Shown here piece by piece: positions 49,650 to 59,805 of a DNA stretch of 64,000 nucleotides. This DNA comes from Candidatus Latescibacterota bacterium (GTDB lineage: Bacteria > Latescibacterota > UBA2968 > GCA-2709665). Within the stretch, counting starts at the first letter, position 1. Every line of letters starts with the position of its first letter. Location: positions 1,344,001-1,408,000 of the forward strand of contig OZ244744.1 of NCBI GenBank assembly GCA_965219455.1, read 5' to 3'. The position numbers and the translations under genes were made by a program. The notes under the pieces are model-generated. The model made no database searches. It was not told the origin of the DNA and was given only the letters and a program-made list of their open reading frames with translations.

Positions 49650-50723
49650 TCAACTCAGCGCATACCGCCTGAACCGGTTCAGAGACGGCGGCCCTTCGTT
49701 CAGCCACATTTCGCGATCCCGGCACACCAGAATCACACCGAAATTCGTGGTCATTCTGTTTTCATTATTCTGCGGACGCTGGCACAGGCCGCCCGGATTG
49801 TGTTCATCCATCAGGACCTCCCGCATTTCCTGCAGGCTGAGCGCTTGCCCGCCGTCTCCAAATCGCCCGTAAAGGTGGGCGATCCGGTTCAAAGAGTTCT
49901 GAAAATACCGCGTTCGGATGAACTCCGGATCCCATCTCCACGCCACGGCCTGCATCTCCTCGCTGAAATAGTGGTTTGTCGAGAATACAACGCCATGCTC
50001 CGGCTCCCGTACACCGTTCATGGCGCAGGCGTTCTCCGTGGCGGCGGCGTTTCCCTCCGCGTCGGCCAGCACGATGTTGATGCCCTTGCCCGTCAGAGAG
50101 GTCTGCCTGAGGAAGTCGACACCCTCCTTCACGTTCGCGCACCGCCGCAACAGGAGGCGGGGTACGATGTGCTGGGGCACTCCGATCCCGTCCTGCCCCT
50201 TCATCGTAGGATGACCCGAATTCGTCCCGATGCACAGCCCTTTCTCGTTCACCCCGCACTCGGTCCACACGGTTCCGATCTGGTTCACGCACAATACGTC
50301 GTATCCCTCCTCCGAACGTATCGTCAGAATCGTCAATCCCCCCAGGCGATCCGAACCCGGGCGAAAGCTCCCGTCGTCGGTCTTCCCGAGGATGGGTCCC
50401 ACGTCGCTGGCCGCAAAGGCCACGCTGCTGCAGGCGAGGTCGTCTGCGAGCGCGGGTCCGACGGCGTTGTAGGTATTCTTGAAGAACGCGTCATCATCCG
50501 GAATGTCGGCACCCCGCGCGATGCCGCGGATCTCTTCCAGAATCTCCGGGAATTCCGCCTTCAGATGCCCGCGCATCGCCTCCATCAGGGTGATCTGGCG
50601 GTCTCGAACTTCCCTATTCTCAGACAATCGGGCAAGCGTGCTCCTTATCTGCGTCCTGAACCGGCACCCGATCTGTTCTCCACGCTGGAATGGCGCGCCC
50701 TTCACTTTAAATTCAGGAATCAT
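49650..50723 (-). CDS. C45-family (Ntn-hydrolase) acyltransferase/peptidase
   Basis: GAPFQRGEQIG, EEIRGIARGA, ACSS nucleophile, GVNEKGL, STNHY. Confidence 0.83.
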   Translation of the reverse strand: MIPEFKVKGAPFQRGEQIGCRFRTQIRSTLARLSENREVRDRQITLMEAMRGHLKAEFPEILEEIRGIARGADIPDDDAFFKNTYNAVGPALADDLACSSVAFAASDVGPILGKTDDGSFRPGSDRLGGLTILTIRSEEGYDVLCVNQIGTVWTECGVNEKGLCIGTNSGHPTMKGQDGIGVPQHIVPRLLLRRCANVKEGVDFLRQTSLTGKGINIVLADAEGNAAATENACAMNGVREPEHGVVFSTNHYFSEEMQAVAWRWDPEFIRTRYFQNSLNRIAHLYGRFGDGGQALSLQEMREVLMDEHNPGGLCQRPQNNENRMTTNFGVILVCRDREMWLNEGPPSLNRFRRYALS

Positions 50724-52389
50724 CTTGTGTTCCCGTGTCTGCTGCTTCCGGATATGACGGCCACCTGTCCGGCAGATCCGTCGCCTCTCGAATTTCATGC
50801 GCACCCTCAAAGAGCCGCTTGAAGCGCCTGACCGTATTCCGCCGGCCCTCGGCATCGCGAATCTCTACGAAAAGCGGGCCCCGGGTGATCTGGTGCGTGG
50901 ACCACGCCCAGAGAAAACCGGCGAAGGAGATCCGACTGCCGAACAGATCCGAAATTTCGTGATGGTTGGAAAGCCTGCCCGTCGCCGGATCCGTGTCCAC
51001 CTGGTGGATATGATAACCCAGAATGCGCCGCCCCAGGCGGGCATACCAGTCGCCCAGGGGTTGCAGATTGTCCAGATCACCGCCGTTGTTGCGCGCGTGG
51101 CCCACGTCCAGCAGTGCGCCCACCCTCGCTCCAGGCACATCCGCCATGTCATTTGCCACGGCGTCGATCCATCTCAGGTATTCGTCGATCCGCGTGGCGA
51201 ATTCCCGGTCCGGTGAATCCGCCGGCGTATTGGCGGGATTGTGGATATTCTCAATTGCGATCCCCACCCCCGCGCGCGCCGCTTCCATAAAAAGATTCGC
51301 GAAAGTTTCCACAAAATCCAGGAAACAACCGCCCGGCTCCCGTCGATCCGCCCGACCGCGCTCCATCGCGCGTGCGCTCGCCCTGGGAACGTGGACGGTC
51401 AGGCTGTCCACACCCGATTCCATCGCGCAATCCAGGTGCGCCCGGACCGCATCGACTCCCGCGACGCGTCCGGTTCTCGAACGCCACGTCAGGTCGGGCA
51501 AGTGATAGGACAGATAGAGAGGACCTCGATCCCGAAGTTCGCCAAGCGCCACCGAAAGCGCGTGGCGTGAAAAATCGAGATCCGCGGGTCGGATCTCCAG
51601 GCAGGAGAGGCCGGAACCCAGGGTCTCCCGGGCGGCCGCCACGGGGTCGCCCTGTATCGACCAGCCCACCGGCAGCATTCCGTCCGGGAGGTCCGCGGGC
51701 AGCAACCTCATCGCGGGCGACCAGGGGATGAATGTCTCCGTCCAGGCTCCCTTTTGCAAACTCTCAAAAAGGCTGATCCCCGGCAAATCTCCAATCGCTT
51801 TATCCGGATCGAGTCCGCGGACCACAACCTCCACAAAGCCGTTTTCGCGCCGGGTCCGGTGAAAGTGGCTGTGTCCCGCGGCCAGCAGTTCGACGCCGTT
51901 CTCCGAAAGCCAGCGCGTCAGCCACGCACGGTCTGCGGCGGCCATCCTGTCCAGCGGATAGTGGGTAATGACCAGTCGCCGTGCCGCGCAGGTGGACCGG
52001 ACGCTCCGGTTCAGCCACAAGCGCTCATCACCCGGAAGCGTTCCGGTCGAGGTATCGGGCAGAAGGACCAGCAGGTCGTCGAACACCGTCGCCCGCCGTT
52101 CGGGCGCCGCCATGGCTTTGAGCACCGACATCGCATGCCGACCTCGCCGTTCCGCGTTTCCCGGGGTGAAGAGTACCGGGACCTCGACCCGGTCCAGCGC
52201 TTCCAGGCATTGCGAGGCCGAACCGGCCGTGGAAAAGGTCGTGATATCTCCCGCCACTGCCAGGAAATCCGGTCGCTCCAGATTCACGCGGTCTACGGCC
52301 CACTGGAGCGCCTGATGGGCCGCCGTATCCGGGTTGTCCGAAAGGTGGAGGTCCGCCAGCAGGACAAAGCGATGGGCGCTTTCCAACAT
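50713..52389 (-). CDS. Metallophosphoesterase fused to a xylose isomerase-like TIM barrel
   Basis: ADLH, AGDI, PGNAE, AGHSH; then IAIENIH, LDVGHA, YHIHQ, FVEIR. Confidence 0.78.
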   Translation of the reverse strand: MLESAHRFVLLADLHLSDNPDTAAHQALQWAVDRVNLERPDFLAVAGDITTFSTAGSASQCLEALDRVEVPVLFTPGNAERRGRHAMSVLKAMAAPERRATVFDDLLVLLPDTSTGTLPGDERLWLNRSVRSTCAARRLVITHYPLDRMAAADRAWLTRWLSENGVELLAAGHSHFHRTRRENGFVEVVVRGLDPDKAIGDLPGISLFESLQKGAWTETFIPWSPAMRLLPADLPDGMLPVGWSIQGDPVAAARETLGSGLSCLEIRPADLDFSRHALSVALGELRDRGPLYLSYHLPDLTWRSRTGRVAGVDAVRAHLDCAMESGVDSLTVHVPRASARAMERGRADRREPGGCFLDFVETFANLFMEAARAGVGIAIENIHNPANTPADSPDREFATRIDEYLRWIDAVANDMADVPGARVGALLDVGHARNNGGDLDNLQPLGDWYARLGRRILGYHIHQVDTDPATGRLSNHHEISDLFGSRISFAGFLWAWSTHQITRGPLFVEIRDAEGRRNTVRRFKRLFEGAHEIREATDLPDRWPSYPEAADTGTQDDS

Positions 52390-52433
52390 ATCTGGTTTAT
52401 TTTCTCTCCGGGTTTGTGGAAAGAACCTGAAAA

Positions 52434-53171
52434 TCAGTTTGCATAGGGGTGGCGGCCCGGATTTCCCCGCGCCAGGTAGAGGCGGAGCCCGTCCCAGTCG
52501 AACCCGGACGGAGAACGGAACGTGCGGTCGATCGCGGCGTGGGTGGAAATGTACTTCAACGTTATCCCGCAACGCCGCCTGGACGACCTGTTGGGATTGG
52601 ATCCATGAAGGATCCAGGGATCGTGAACCGAATACTCACCCGCCCGCAGTTGCACGTCTTTGGCGTCCGTAAGGTCGAGGTTATCCAGTGACATCGGCAG
52701 CGTGGTGCCGGAGTTTAGATCTACCTTGTGGAGGAGAACGGCCTCCTCCCGGTGGCTGCCGGGTATCACCCGCATACAGCCGTTCTCAACGTCCGAGTCG
52801 TCCACCGCCAGCCAGAGGGTGAACGTATCCATCGGCTCGATCGGAAAAAACGCGGCATCCTGATGCCAGTCTACGGCCAGACCGTCGTCGGGGCGTTTGC
52901 TGATCACATAGGAAGTGAAAAGCGCGACATCCCGCCCCACGATCTGCACCGCCACGTCGATGAGGCTGTCGCTCAGGAACAGATCCCGAAGGTAGCGATT
53001 GTCGTAATGAAGCGAGGGCATATTCTCCGGCCGCCGGTCCTGAGCAAGGTTCCCGATAATGGAATCCAATTCAGCGCGCAACCGGACGAGCGCGTTGTCG
53101 TCGAGAATCCGGCCGCCCACGGCATAGCCGTCGGCACGATACCGTTTGAGTTGGGCGGCGGTGAGGGGCAT
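52434..53171 (-). CDS. Phytanoyl-CoA dioxygenase (PhyH) family protein
   Basis: WHQD, WLAVDD..ENGCMRVIPGSH, LHGSNPNRS..RR. Confidence 0.9.
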   Translation of the reverse strand: MPLTAAQLKRYRADGYAVGGRILDDNALVRLRAELDSIIGNLAQDRRPENMPSLHYDNRYLRDLFLSDSLIDVAVQIVGRDVALFTSYVISKRPDDGLAVDWHQDAAFFPIEPMDTFTLWLAVDDSDVENGCMRVIPGSHREEAVLLHKVDLNSGTTLPMSLDNLDLTDAKDVQLRAGEYSVHDPWILHGSNPNRSSRRRCGITLKYISTHAAIDRTFRSPSGFDWDGLRLYLARGNPGRHPYAN

Positions 53172-53335
53172 CGCGAGTTCCTTTCTGAAAATCCGGATAA
53201 CGTTTTGAATGTCAGTTTGCCAACGAAACTGTGTCCGTCCGGACAGAGTTGAGCGTGGAACGCGTATACCGGCCTGTCGCCGCGAAACCGGAACTCCACC
53301 TTCATCGATCTGTTCACGCCCGGCGTTTCGCGTGC

Positions 53336-55468
53336 TTACGCGTCCGGCGGCAGCGAACCCTGCAGATGCCTTTGAATCAGTTTTTCGTAAATGCCGACGA
53401 AATCCGATCGCCCGTTGTGCAGGTTGTAAAAATAACACATCGGGTTGGGATTGATTTCAATAACCTGGAATCCCGACGGCGACCGAATCGCATCGATGGC
53501 GTAGAACCCCAGTTCGACCACGCCCGCCACGTCCGCCGCCACCCGCGAAAGCGCATCGATCAGTTCCGGTGCATCCACCCGCTTCGCAAACCCCGTCGCC
53601 CCATGCAGCGGATTCAGATCCCCGCCCGGGGATGCGCCTATTTTCTCGTATGCCAGCAACAAGTCGCCCCCGGCGGCAACGATCCGATACTCGGGCCCGC
53701 TGACGTGGGCCTGAACCAGGACTATATTGTCCAGAAAACCGCTGTTTTCAAACAATGCCCGCAAGCGATTCTTCAGGGCGCACCGGTCTCGCTCCAGAAA
53801 CACCCCCTGAGCCAGCGACCCCAGGTTGCGCTTAACAACCACGGGATAGGAGAACCGGTCTTCCGCCTCCTGCAGAATCGCATCGATGGACGGATGGGTC
53901 CGATATCGCGCGAACCGTTCGTCTGCAAACGGGTTGAACGCCACCAGCGTTTCGGGAACCGGAATCCCGGCACGCGAAAACAACTCGTATTGATATGCCT
54001 TGTCTTCCGCCAGGCGGGCGGCAACGTAGTCGTTGAAGGGATGCTTGTTACGCAGAAAATAGATCGGCCCGGCGCCTGGCGGCCGTATGCACACCAGATT
54101 TCCGTCTTCCGAAACCGCTTCAAACGGAAGGCCGAGGTTCTTGCAGGCCGGCGCCAGGCATGCCAGACTCTCCCGGTGAAGATCTTCCCCGAAACCGTCC
54201 CGTTCACAGGGCAGCCCCAGCGCTTCCCGCGCCCGGCCCACCAGATGCAGCGATCCCATGATACAGACGGGATCCTCATCCCGCAACCCCGCGTACTCCA
54301 GCGCTTCTGCAACGTTCGTCGCGCAGCGGGCGGTAAGCCCTTCCGGCAAGCTCTCCCGCAACACGTTCACGGGCAGGGCCTTCGGGTGGTCGGACCGCGT
54401 CAGAATCACCCGCTTCGACAGCGGCTGGATCGCCCCGAGTATCCCCCGGGGATTGTGCCCCGCGTTCACCCCAACCACAAAGGTCCACCGGTCCGAAATC
54501 CGGCGCAGATCGGCGGCAAGGGCCGCGGCTCCGGCCGGGTTGTGCGCACCATCCAGCACGACCCGGGGCGACCGGCGCGCCACCTCGAACCTGCCCGGCA
54601 GCCGGAGCCCGTTCACCGCCTCGCGGATACGCGCCTGTGTGAGCTCCTCCCCCATAAGGTAGCGCCCGACGGCAACCGCCAACCGGGCGTTTTTCCAGAA
54701 CACGGACCCCCGATCCGTCGGGTCCGGATGCCCGAATTCCCGCTGCTCATCGCGCGATCCCTCCTCCGTTTCGCCGCCGACAACCCGAAGATCCACTCCC
54801 CGTTCACGGCACTCGCGCCGCAACAACGCGAGCACCTCGGGTTTCTGTGTGCCCGGGGTGTATAGCGGCCTCCCGGACCGGGCGATTTCGAGCTTATCCA
54901 GCGCAATCGCCTCCACCGTATCGCCCAGCACTTCGGTGTGATCCAGATCGACCGGCGTCAGGACGGCCACATGGCTATCCCAGGCATTGGTCGCGTCGTA
55001 GCGGCCGCCCAGACCCACCTCGAACACGCCGATTTCGACCCCTGCCCTGGCGAACATGGACGCTGCCAGCGCCGTTAACGCCTCGAACCTGGTGAAAGAA
55101 CCGTACCCCTCCCGTTCGAATCCGCGGGTTCGATCGTAAAGGTCGGCGATGGCTCCCGCCCAGCCGTCCTTTTCCAGAATCCGACCGTCGATCAGGATGC
55201 GTTCGCGGATGGTGTGCAGATGGGGCGACGTGTAGATACCCGCCCGTCGGCCCGAAGCCTGGATGAGGGCGGCCAGGACGTTGGCCGCCGTCCCCTTACC
55301 ATTCGTGCCGCCGACAATGACCGACACAAAGTCCTTCTGTGGATCTCCCATCCGGCGCAACAGGGCCCGCATCCGCGGCAGGTAGTCGTCCGGCGTACCC
55401 GCCGCCGTCCCGTCCCTCTCCCAATCCTGCAGCGTATTCAGATAGCGTTTAGCGCGAAAGTAGTCCAT
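53336..55468 (-). CDS. folC: Folylpolyglutamate/dihydrofolate synthase (FolC) fused to a C-terminal ATP-grasp domain
   Basis: GTNGKGT, YTSPHL, EVGLGGRYDATN, DLDH, DGAHNP; then DKAYQY..AGIPVPET, PVVVK..GS..QGV, EYRI, AID, IEINPNP; start 55468 or 55528. Confidence 0.82.
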   Translation of the reverse strand: MDYFRAKRYLNTLQDWERDGTAAGTPDDYLPRMRALLRRMGDPQKDFVSVIVGGTNGKGTAANVLAALIQASGRRAGIYTSPHLHTIRERILIDGRILEKDGWAGAIADLYDRTRGFEREGYGSFTRFEALTALAASMFARAGVEIGVFEVGLGGRYDATNAWDSHVAVLTPVDLDHTEVLGDTVEAIALDKLEIARSGRPLYTPGTQKPEVLALLRRECRERGVDLRVVGGETEEGSRDEQREFGHPDPTDRGSVFWKNARLAVAVGRYLMGEELTQARIREAVNGLRLPGRFEVARRSPRVVLDGAHNPAGAAALAADLRRISDRWTFVVGVNAGHNPRGILGAIQPLSKRVILTRSDHPKALPVNVLRESLPEGLTARCATNVAEALEYAGLRDEDPVCIMGSLHLVGRAREALGLPCERDGFGEDLHRESLACLAPACKNLGLPFEAVSEDGNLVCIRPPGAGPIYFLRNKHPFNDYVAARLAEDKAYQYELFSRAGIPVPETLVAFNPFADERFARYRTHPSIDAILQEAEDRFSYPVVVKRNLGSLAQGVFLERDRCALKNRLRALFENSGFLDNIVLVQAHVSGPEYRIVAAGGDLLLAYEKIGASPGGDLNPLHGATGFAKRVDAPELIDALSRVAADVAGVVELGFYAIDAIRSPSGFQVIEINPNPMCYFYNLHNGRSDFVGIYEKLIQRHLQGSLPPDA

Positions 55469-55697
55469 CCAGACCGCTTCCCCGTCGGTAACGTGGGGTC
55501 CAATTCCTGTACCATTCCGCAGGGACAACCCTCGTGGTTGCCCGGCCTTCCGTGGCTACGGCTCTCCCGTTCGGTAACATAAAAAACTCACCTTGAAACA
55601 AAAGGTGAGTTTTTCCGGGATGGATTCCGCTGCCGACATTTCCCCGAACTCATGCCGGGGGATCCGCCAGCGGACATCTGACGACCTTCTGCAGACC

Positions 55698-55889
55698 TTA
55701 TGCGGCTTTGTTCACGCGGCCGAGCTTTATGCACTTGGTACAGACCTTCATCCTTCTGGGCGTCCCGTCCACCTGCGCGCGCACCCGCCTCAGATTCGGG
55801 TTGAATCGCCGTTTCTTCCGGTTGTTGGCGTGGCTGACGTGATTGCCGACCATCGGCCCTTTCCCGCAAATTTCACATCTGGCTGCCAT
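55698..55889 (-). CDS. rpmB: 50S ribosomal protein L28
   Basis: [33 protein letters not shown]...VCTKCIK. Confidence 0.96.
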   Translation of the reverse strand: MAARCEICGKGPMVGNHVSHANNRKKRRFNPNLRRVRAQVDGTPRRMKVCTKCIKLGRVNKAA

Positions 55890-56023
55890 TTCCAATACCT
55901 CCTGGAACCCTTGATTGATTCTCTCGTGTCTACTTGAAGTTGAAACCGCCCCGCTCTCACGTCCGGGTACGCCATCTGAAAAAACGCGCGACACCACGGT
56001 GACGCATTGATTCGTTCAGGACA

Positions 56024-56051
56024 AATATACCCGTCAACCGACACTTGTCAA
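56024..56051 (-). promoter_or_regulatory. Sigma70 promoter of rpmB
   Basis: Minus strand TTGACA-N16-TATATT. Confidence 0.6.
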
Positions 56052-56181
56052 GAAAGAACCCGATTTTGGACCTCCTTGAGCCGAACGGAGCCCCTGTTGT
56101 CCGTCGCGCCTGCCCGCAGGTGCGGGGACCCGTTCCGCGGAGACCGCCGGGTTCCCCGCGGGTGGATATTTGGGCGGCCTG

Positions 56182-57408
56182 TTACCGAAGGCGTCGATCC
56201 GAGGTGTGAAAACGCACAAACCACAGCTCCAGGTTGGGATGGGCGCCGCTGCTGAACACCGCGCACGGCTCGCCAGGCAGCAGGCTCCCGCTGGCCGGTG
56301 TGATGCCGTGAAGGAAAAAGGGTTTCCGCAGTCCGTACTCATCAAAGCTACCCAGGGCGACCGCGGACCATCTCCGGCCTCCATCTTCGCCGCGGTAGAG
56401 CCGGAGGGCCTTTCCCGAGGTACTCGACATCCACAACTGACCGATCTCGCCAGGGCTTTCGAAGACCGCGGCGATTCCCGCGCTGCCTACGGTTACCGCC
56501 TCCCACCGCCGCGTATCGGAATCTCGCCGGTAAAGGAGCAGTTGGTTCTTCCCGCCTTCGGGCTGGTGCGTGGCCGTGACAAACAGAGCACCATTATACG
56601 ATCGCCAGATCGCCTGGGCAAAGGCCAGGTTCCCGGTCCACGGGGACACGTCCGCAACAACCTCGGCGACGGCAGACGCGGGATCTGTGTAAGGTATAAA
56701 AAGGTAGTTGATCCGGTTGTAATACGGGCTGCGGTCTGCGTTGTTGCTCACCACGAGATGGAAGCCCTCGCCATCGGGCACGATCAGCGGGTACAGCCAC
56801 GTCGTCCAAGGTTCCTCTGACCGCTGCGCCCGGGCCAGGAGAAACGGCCCCGACCATTTACGCGTGTCCAGGTCGACCCACGCCACGTTGAATGAATAGT
56901 GCCCCGGCTCCCCGATGTACCCGAGGATGAGCCGGTCCCCGTCCATGGCCGCCCCGATATAGCCGGCGCGATCCAATCCGTCGGGCAGCGCAATCTCGGC
57001 GAATCCGCGCGGGGCGCCTCGCTTGCGCTGATACAGAACGCGCGGCCCGGCGCCGAGCCGCGCGTGAACGAGCACCAGCCGCTGCCTGGTGTCCAGCAAG
57101 AGCATCCCGGGCTGGTGGTGGATTCCCTCCCAGCGGCGAAACGTCTCCCAGCCGTCCCTTCCGCTACGGTAGACGACGCCCCTCGCGGCATCCGGGTGCG
57201 GCCCCCACCGGCCCACCGTGTAAAAGTGGCCGCCGTCGAACACCAGCTTCGGCGCGTTGTAACCCCAGTAAGGGCTGACCGACGCCTCTCCGGTATCGAT
57301 TCGGGACAGCTCGAAATCGATCATGTTCTCCTCCGCCGTCAGTGGCAGAACACCCGTCAGGAGGACAAAACAGCCTAGAAAAGCGTTTTGGATAATCCCG
57401 TTTTTCAT
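56182..57408 (-). CDS. Secreted hypothetical protein, BNR/sialidase-like propeller
   Basis: Signal peptide; EDGGRRW Asp-box-like motif; start taken at ATG 57408. Confidence 0.68.
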   Translation of the reverse strand: MKNGIIQNAFLGCFVLLTGVLPLTAEENMIDFELSRIDTGEASVSPYWGYNAPKLVFDGGHFYTVGRWGPHPDAARGVVYRSGRDGWETFRRWEGIHHQPGMLLLDTRQRLVLVHARLGAGPRVLYQRKRGAPRGFAEIALPDGLDRAGYIGAAMDGDRLILGYIGEPGHYSFNVAWVDLDTRKWSGPFLLARAQRSEEPWTTWLYPLIVPDGEGFHLVVSNNADRSPYYNRINYLFIPYTDPASAVAEVVADVSPWTGNLAFAQAIWRSYNGALFVTATHQPEGGKNQLLLYRRDSDTRRWEAVTVGSAGIAAVFESPGEIGQLWMSSTSGKALRLYRGEDGGRRWSAVALGSFDEYGLRKPFFLHGITPASGSLLPGEPCAVFSSGAHPNLELWFVRFHTSDRRLR

Positions 57409-57542
57409 ACGCCTTCCATGGTTTTCCAACGATCTTCCACTTGACAAAACACCGCGTATCACCGATTTTTCGGAAAGCCCTGCGGCTATTCGGACGGAAG
57501 CGATGAAATTCATCGGTCATCCGCCGCGCCGGGGAGATCCCT

Positions 57543-58886
57543 ATGCCGACAGTAAACCTCATAACGCTCGGATGTCCGAAGAATACCGTCGACTCGGAAC
57601 GCATGCACCGGCTTCTGGAATGCAACGACTATGCCGTTGCCGACGAACCCGATGAAGCCGATATCATCGTTGTGAATACCTGTGGCTTTATCGAACCGGC
57701 CAAAGAGGAGTCCATCGCCACGGCCCTCGAAGCCGCGGACTACAAGGAAACCGGCAACTGCAAGGGTCTGATTCTTACCGGGTGTCTGGCCGAACGCTAT
57801 CGACTCGAACTCGAAGCGGAAATTCCCGAGGCCGACCTTGTCGTCGGTCTGGCCGGCGAAAACGAGATCGTCGCCCATTGCGACCGTCTTCTGGGCATCT
57901 CACGCCCCAGAATCTACAGAGAAGAGGGCGCCCGGCACCTGCTCACACCCAATCACTGGGCCTATCTGCGCATCTCGGACGGCTGCGACCGGACCTGCGC
58001 CTTCTGCGCCATTCCAGGCATCCGGGGCGTCAACCGCAGCGAATCCATCGAGGTCCTGGTCGCCGAAGCCTGGCGCATGGCCGCCGGCGGCGTGAAAGAA
58101 ATCGCGCTTATCGCCCAGGATACCATGCGGTACGGCGCCGACCTCTACGGCAGCCCGCGCCTGATTGACCTCTTGCGCGAACTCGTCCGCATCGACGGCC
58201 TCCAATGGATCCGCCTGCTCTACACCTACCCCACCGGCTGGCGCGACAACCTGATCGACCTCCTGGCACGGGAGGAAAAACTCTGCGCATACGTGGATAT
58301 GCCCATCCAGCATGCCTCCAATGCCATGCTCAAAGCGATGAACAGGGGCGCTACGGTGGAGAGCACGCGCGCCCTCATCCGAAAACTCCGTGACCGGGTG
58401 CCCGACCTGGCCCTCCGATCCTCCGTTATCGCCGGTTTTCCCGGCGAGAAAGAGGAACACGTACAGGAACTTCTGGAGTTTATCGAGGAAATCCGCTTCA
58501 ACCGACTGGTCGGCTTCCTCTACTCGCACGAGGAAGGCACCAGCGCGGGCCTGCTGGAAGACGGCGTGGCGGAAGACGAAAAGCGTGATCGGCTGGACCG
58601 CATCCTCAGCCTCCAGGCCGTCATCTCCTCCGAAATCACCGCCGAATGCGTAGGCCGGACCTACCGCGCGCTGGTCGACCGCCCGGCGGACGATCCGGCC
58701 TACGACTATATCGGCCGTACCCGCATGGACGCTCCAGAGATCGACGGCGAGGTCTTCATTTCCGGAGAAGCTCGGATCGGCGAATTCACGGACGTGGAGA
58801 TAACCGATGCCCTCGATCACGATCTCATCGGACGCTCGACGACCGCACCGCAACTGCTGGATATCGCTGCGCCGAGGCGTTTATGA
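57543..58886 (+). CDS. rimO: Ribosomal protein S12 methylthiotransferase
   Basis: LGCPKNTVDSE, NTCGFIEPAKEESI, CDRTCAFC radical SAM motif, DAPEIDG TRAM domain. Confidence 0.95.
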   Translation: MPTVNLITLGCPKNTVDSERMHRLLECNDYAVADEPDEADIIVVNTCGFIEPAKEESIATALEAADYKETGNCKGLILTGCLAERYRLELEAEIPEADLVVGLAGENEIVAHCDRLLGISRPRIYREEGARHLLTPNHWAYLRISDGCDRTCAFCAIPGIRGVNRSESIEVLVAEAWRMAAGGVKEIALIAQDTMRYGADLYGSPRLIDLLRELVRIDGLQWIRLLYTYPTGWRDNLIDLLAREEKLCAYVDMPIQHASNAMLKAMNRGATVESTRALIRKLRDRVPDLALRSSVIAGFPGEKEEHVQELLEFIEEIRFNRLVGFLYSHEEGTSAGLLEDGVAEDEKRDRLDRILSLQAVISSEITAECVGRTYRALVDRPADDPAYDYIGRTRMDAPEIDGEVFISGEARIGEFTDVEITDALDHDLIGRSTTAPQLLDIAAPRRL

Positions 58887-59356
58887 CGGTCATCGCCGCC
58901 ATGTCGGACAACCGGGTGATCGGCAAAGACAATGCCATGCCATGGCATGTTTCCGAGGAACTCGTACAGTTCAAGAGAATCACCACCGGCGGGGTTCTTA
59001 TCATGGGGCGCAAAACCTTTGAATCCATCGGCTGCAGGCCCCTGCCGAAACGCCCCCACGTCCTAGTCAGCCGTTCATTTCCGGAAACCGAGGGCGTCGA
59101 CGTCTGCCGCACCTTCGAGGAAGCGCTCGAAAGAGCCAGGTCCTACGGGAAACCCGTTTTCAGCGCGGGCGGCGCCGAGATTTACCGGCAGTCCATTCCC
59201 CTCGCGAATCGGATGTATCTCTCCCGCATCAAGGGCGACTACGACGGCGACACCTTCTTCCCCGAGTTCGATGAGGGCGACTGGAGAATCGCCAGAAAAG
59301 AAGACCACACGGAATTCACCCTGTTTATGTATGAAAGAAGACGGAAGAATCGTTAA
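58883..59356 (+). CDS. folA: Dihydrofolate reductase
   Basis: ATGA overlap with rimO; AAMSDNRVIG, MPW, MGRKTFESI, GGAEIY, GDTFFP. Confidence 0.93.
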   Translation: MTVIAAMSDNRVIGKDNAMPWHVSEELVQFKRITTGGVLIMGRKTFESIGCRPLPKRPHVLVSRSFPETEGVDVCRTFEEALERARSYGKPVFSAGGAEIYRQSIPLANRMYLSRIKGDYDGDTFFPEFDEGDWRIARKEDHTEFTLFMYERRRKNR

Positions 59357-59397
59357 ATCGGCGAGCAGACGGAAAAGCACCGCTGCAGTCAGCGCCG

Positions 59398-59607
59398 GGA
59401 CCTCTCCCCCCGGCCCCCTCGGACAGAGCTATCAGCCGTAAGCTGTCAGCAAAAAACGAAAAGCAAAAGGCAGATTGCCAATACGGTCTGGCGATGCCAA
59501 TCCACAACCGCAGCAGTCAGCGCGGGGACCTCTCCCCCCGGCCCCCTCTCCTAAAGGAAAGGGGGAGGAACACCGGCAAGGCGGGCGACCACAAGGGTCG
59601 CCCCTAC
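59398..59607. repeat. REP cluster between folA and thyA
   Basis: Partial and full GACCTCTCCCCCCGGCCCCCTCTCC copies plus GGGCGACCACAAGGGTCGCCCCTAC. Confidence 0.7.
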
Positions 59608-59805
59608 GAATTCAAACGCCGGTTATGTCAAGATTCGGCTCACACGGAGACACTAAGACACAAAGAAAAAACAGTCAGCATTCAGGAAAGGCCGGTACAC
59701 ACGCAAATCCAAACAGCGGGCATTTCGACAAGCTCAATGAACGCACCTCCGCAAGCCCGAGGCCGCAGACGGAACCATATTCCGTATTTTCCGGCAGGAA
59801 ATATA

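Noticed and set aside
59494-59805. N-terminal extension of ThyA in the ORF track
   Set aside because: It translates REP DNA; the canonical start MKQYLD is at 59806
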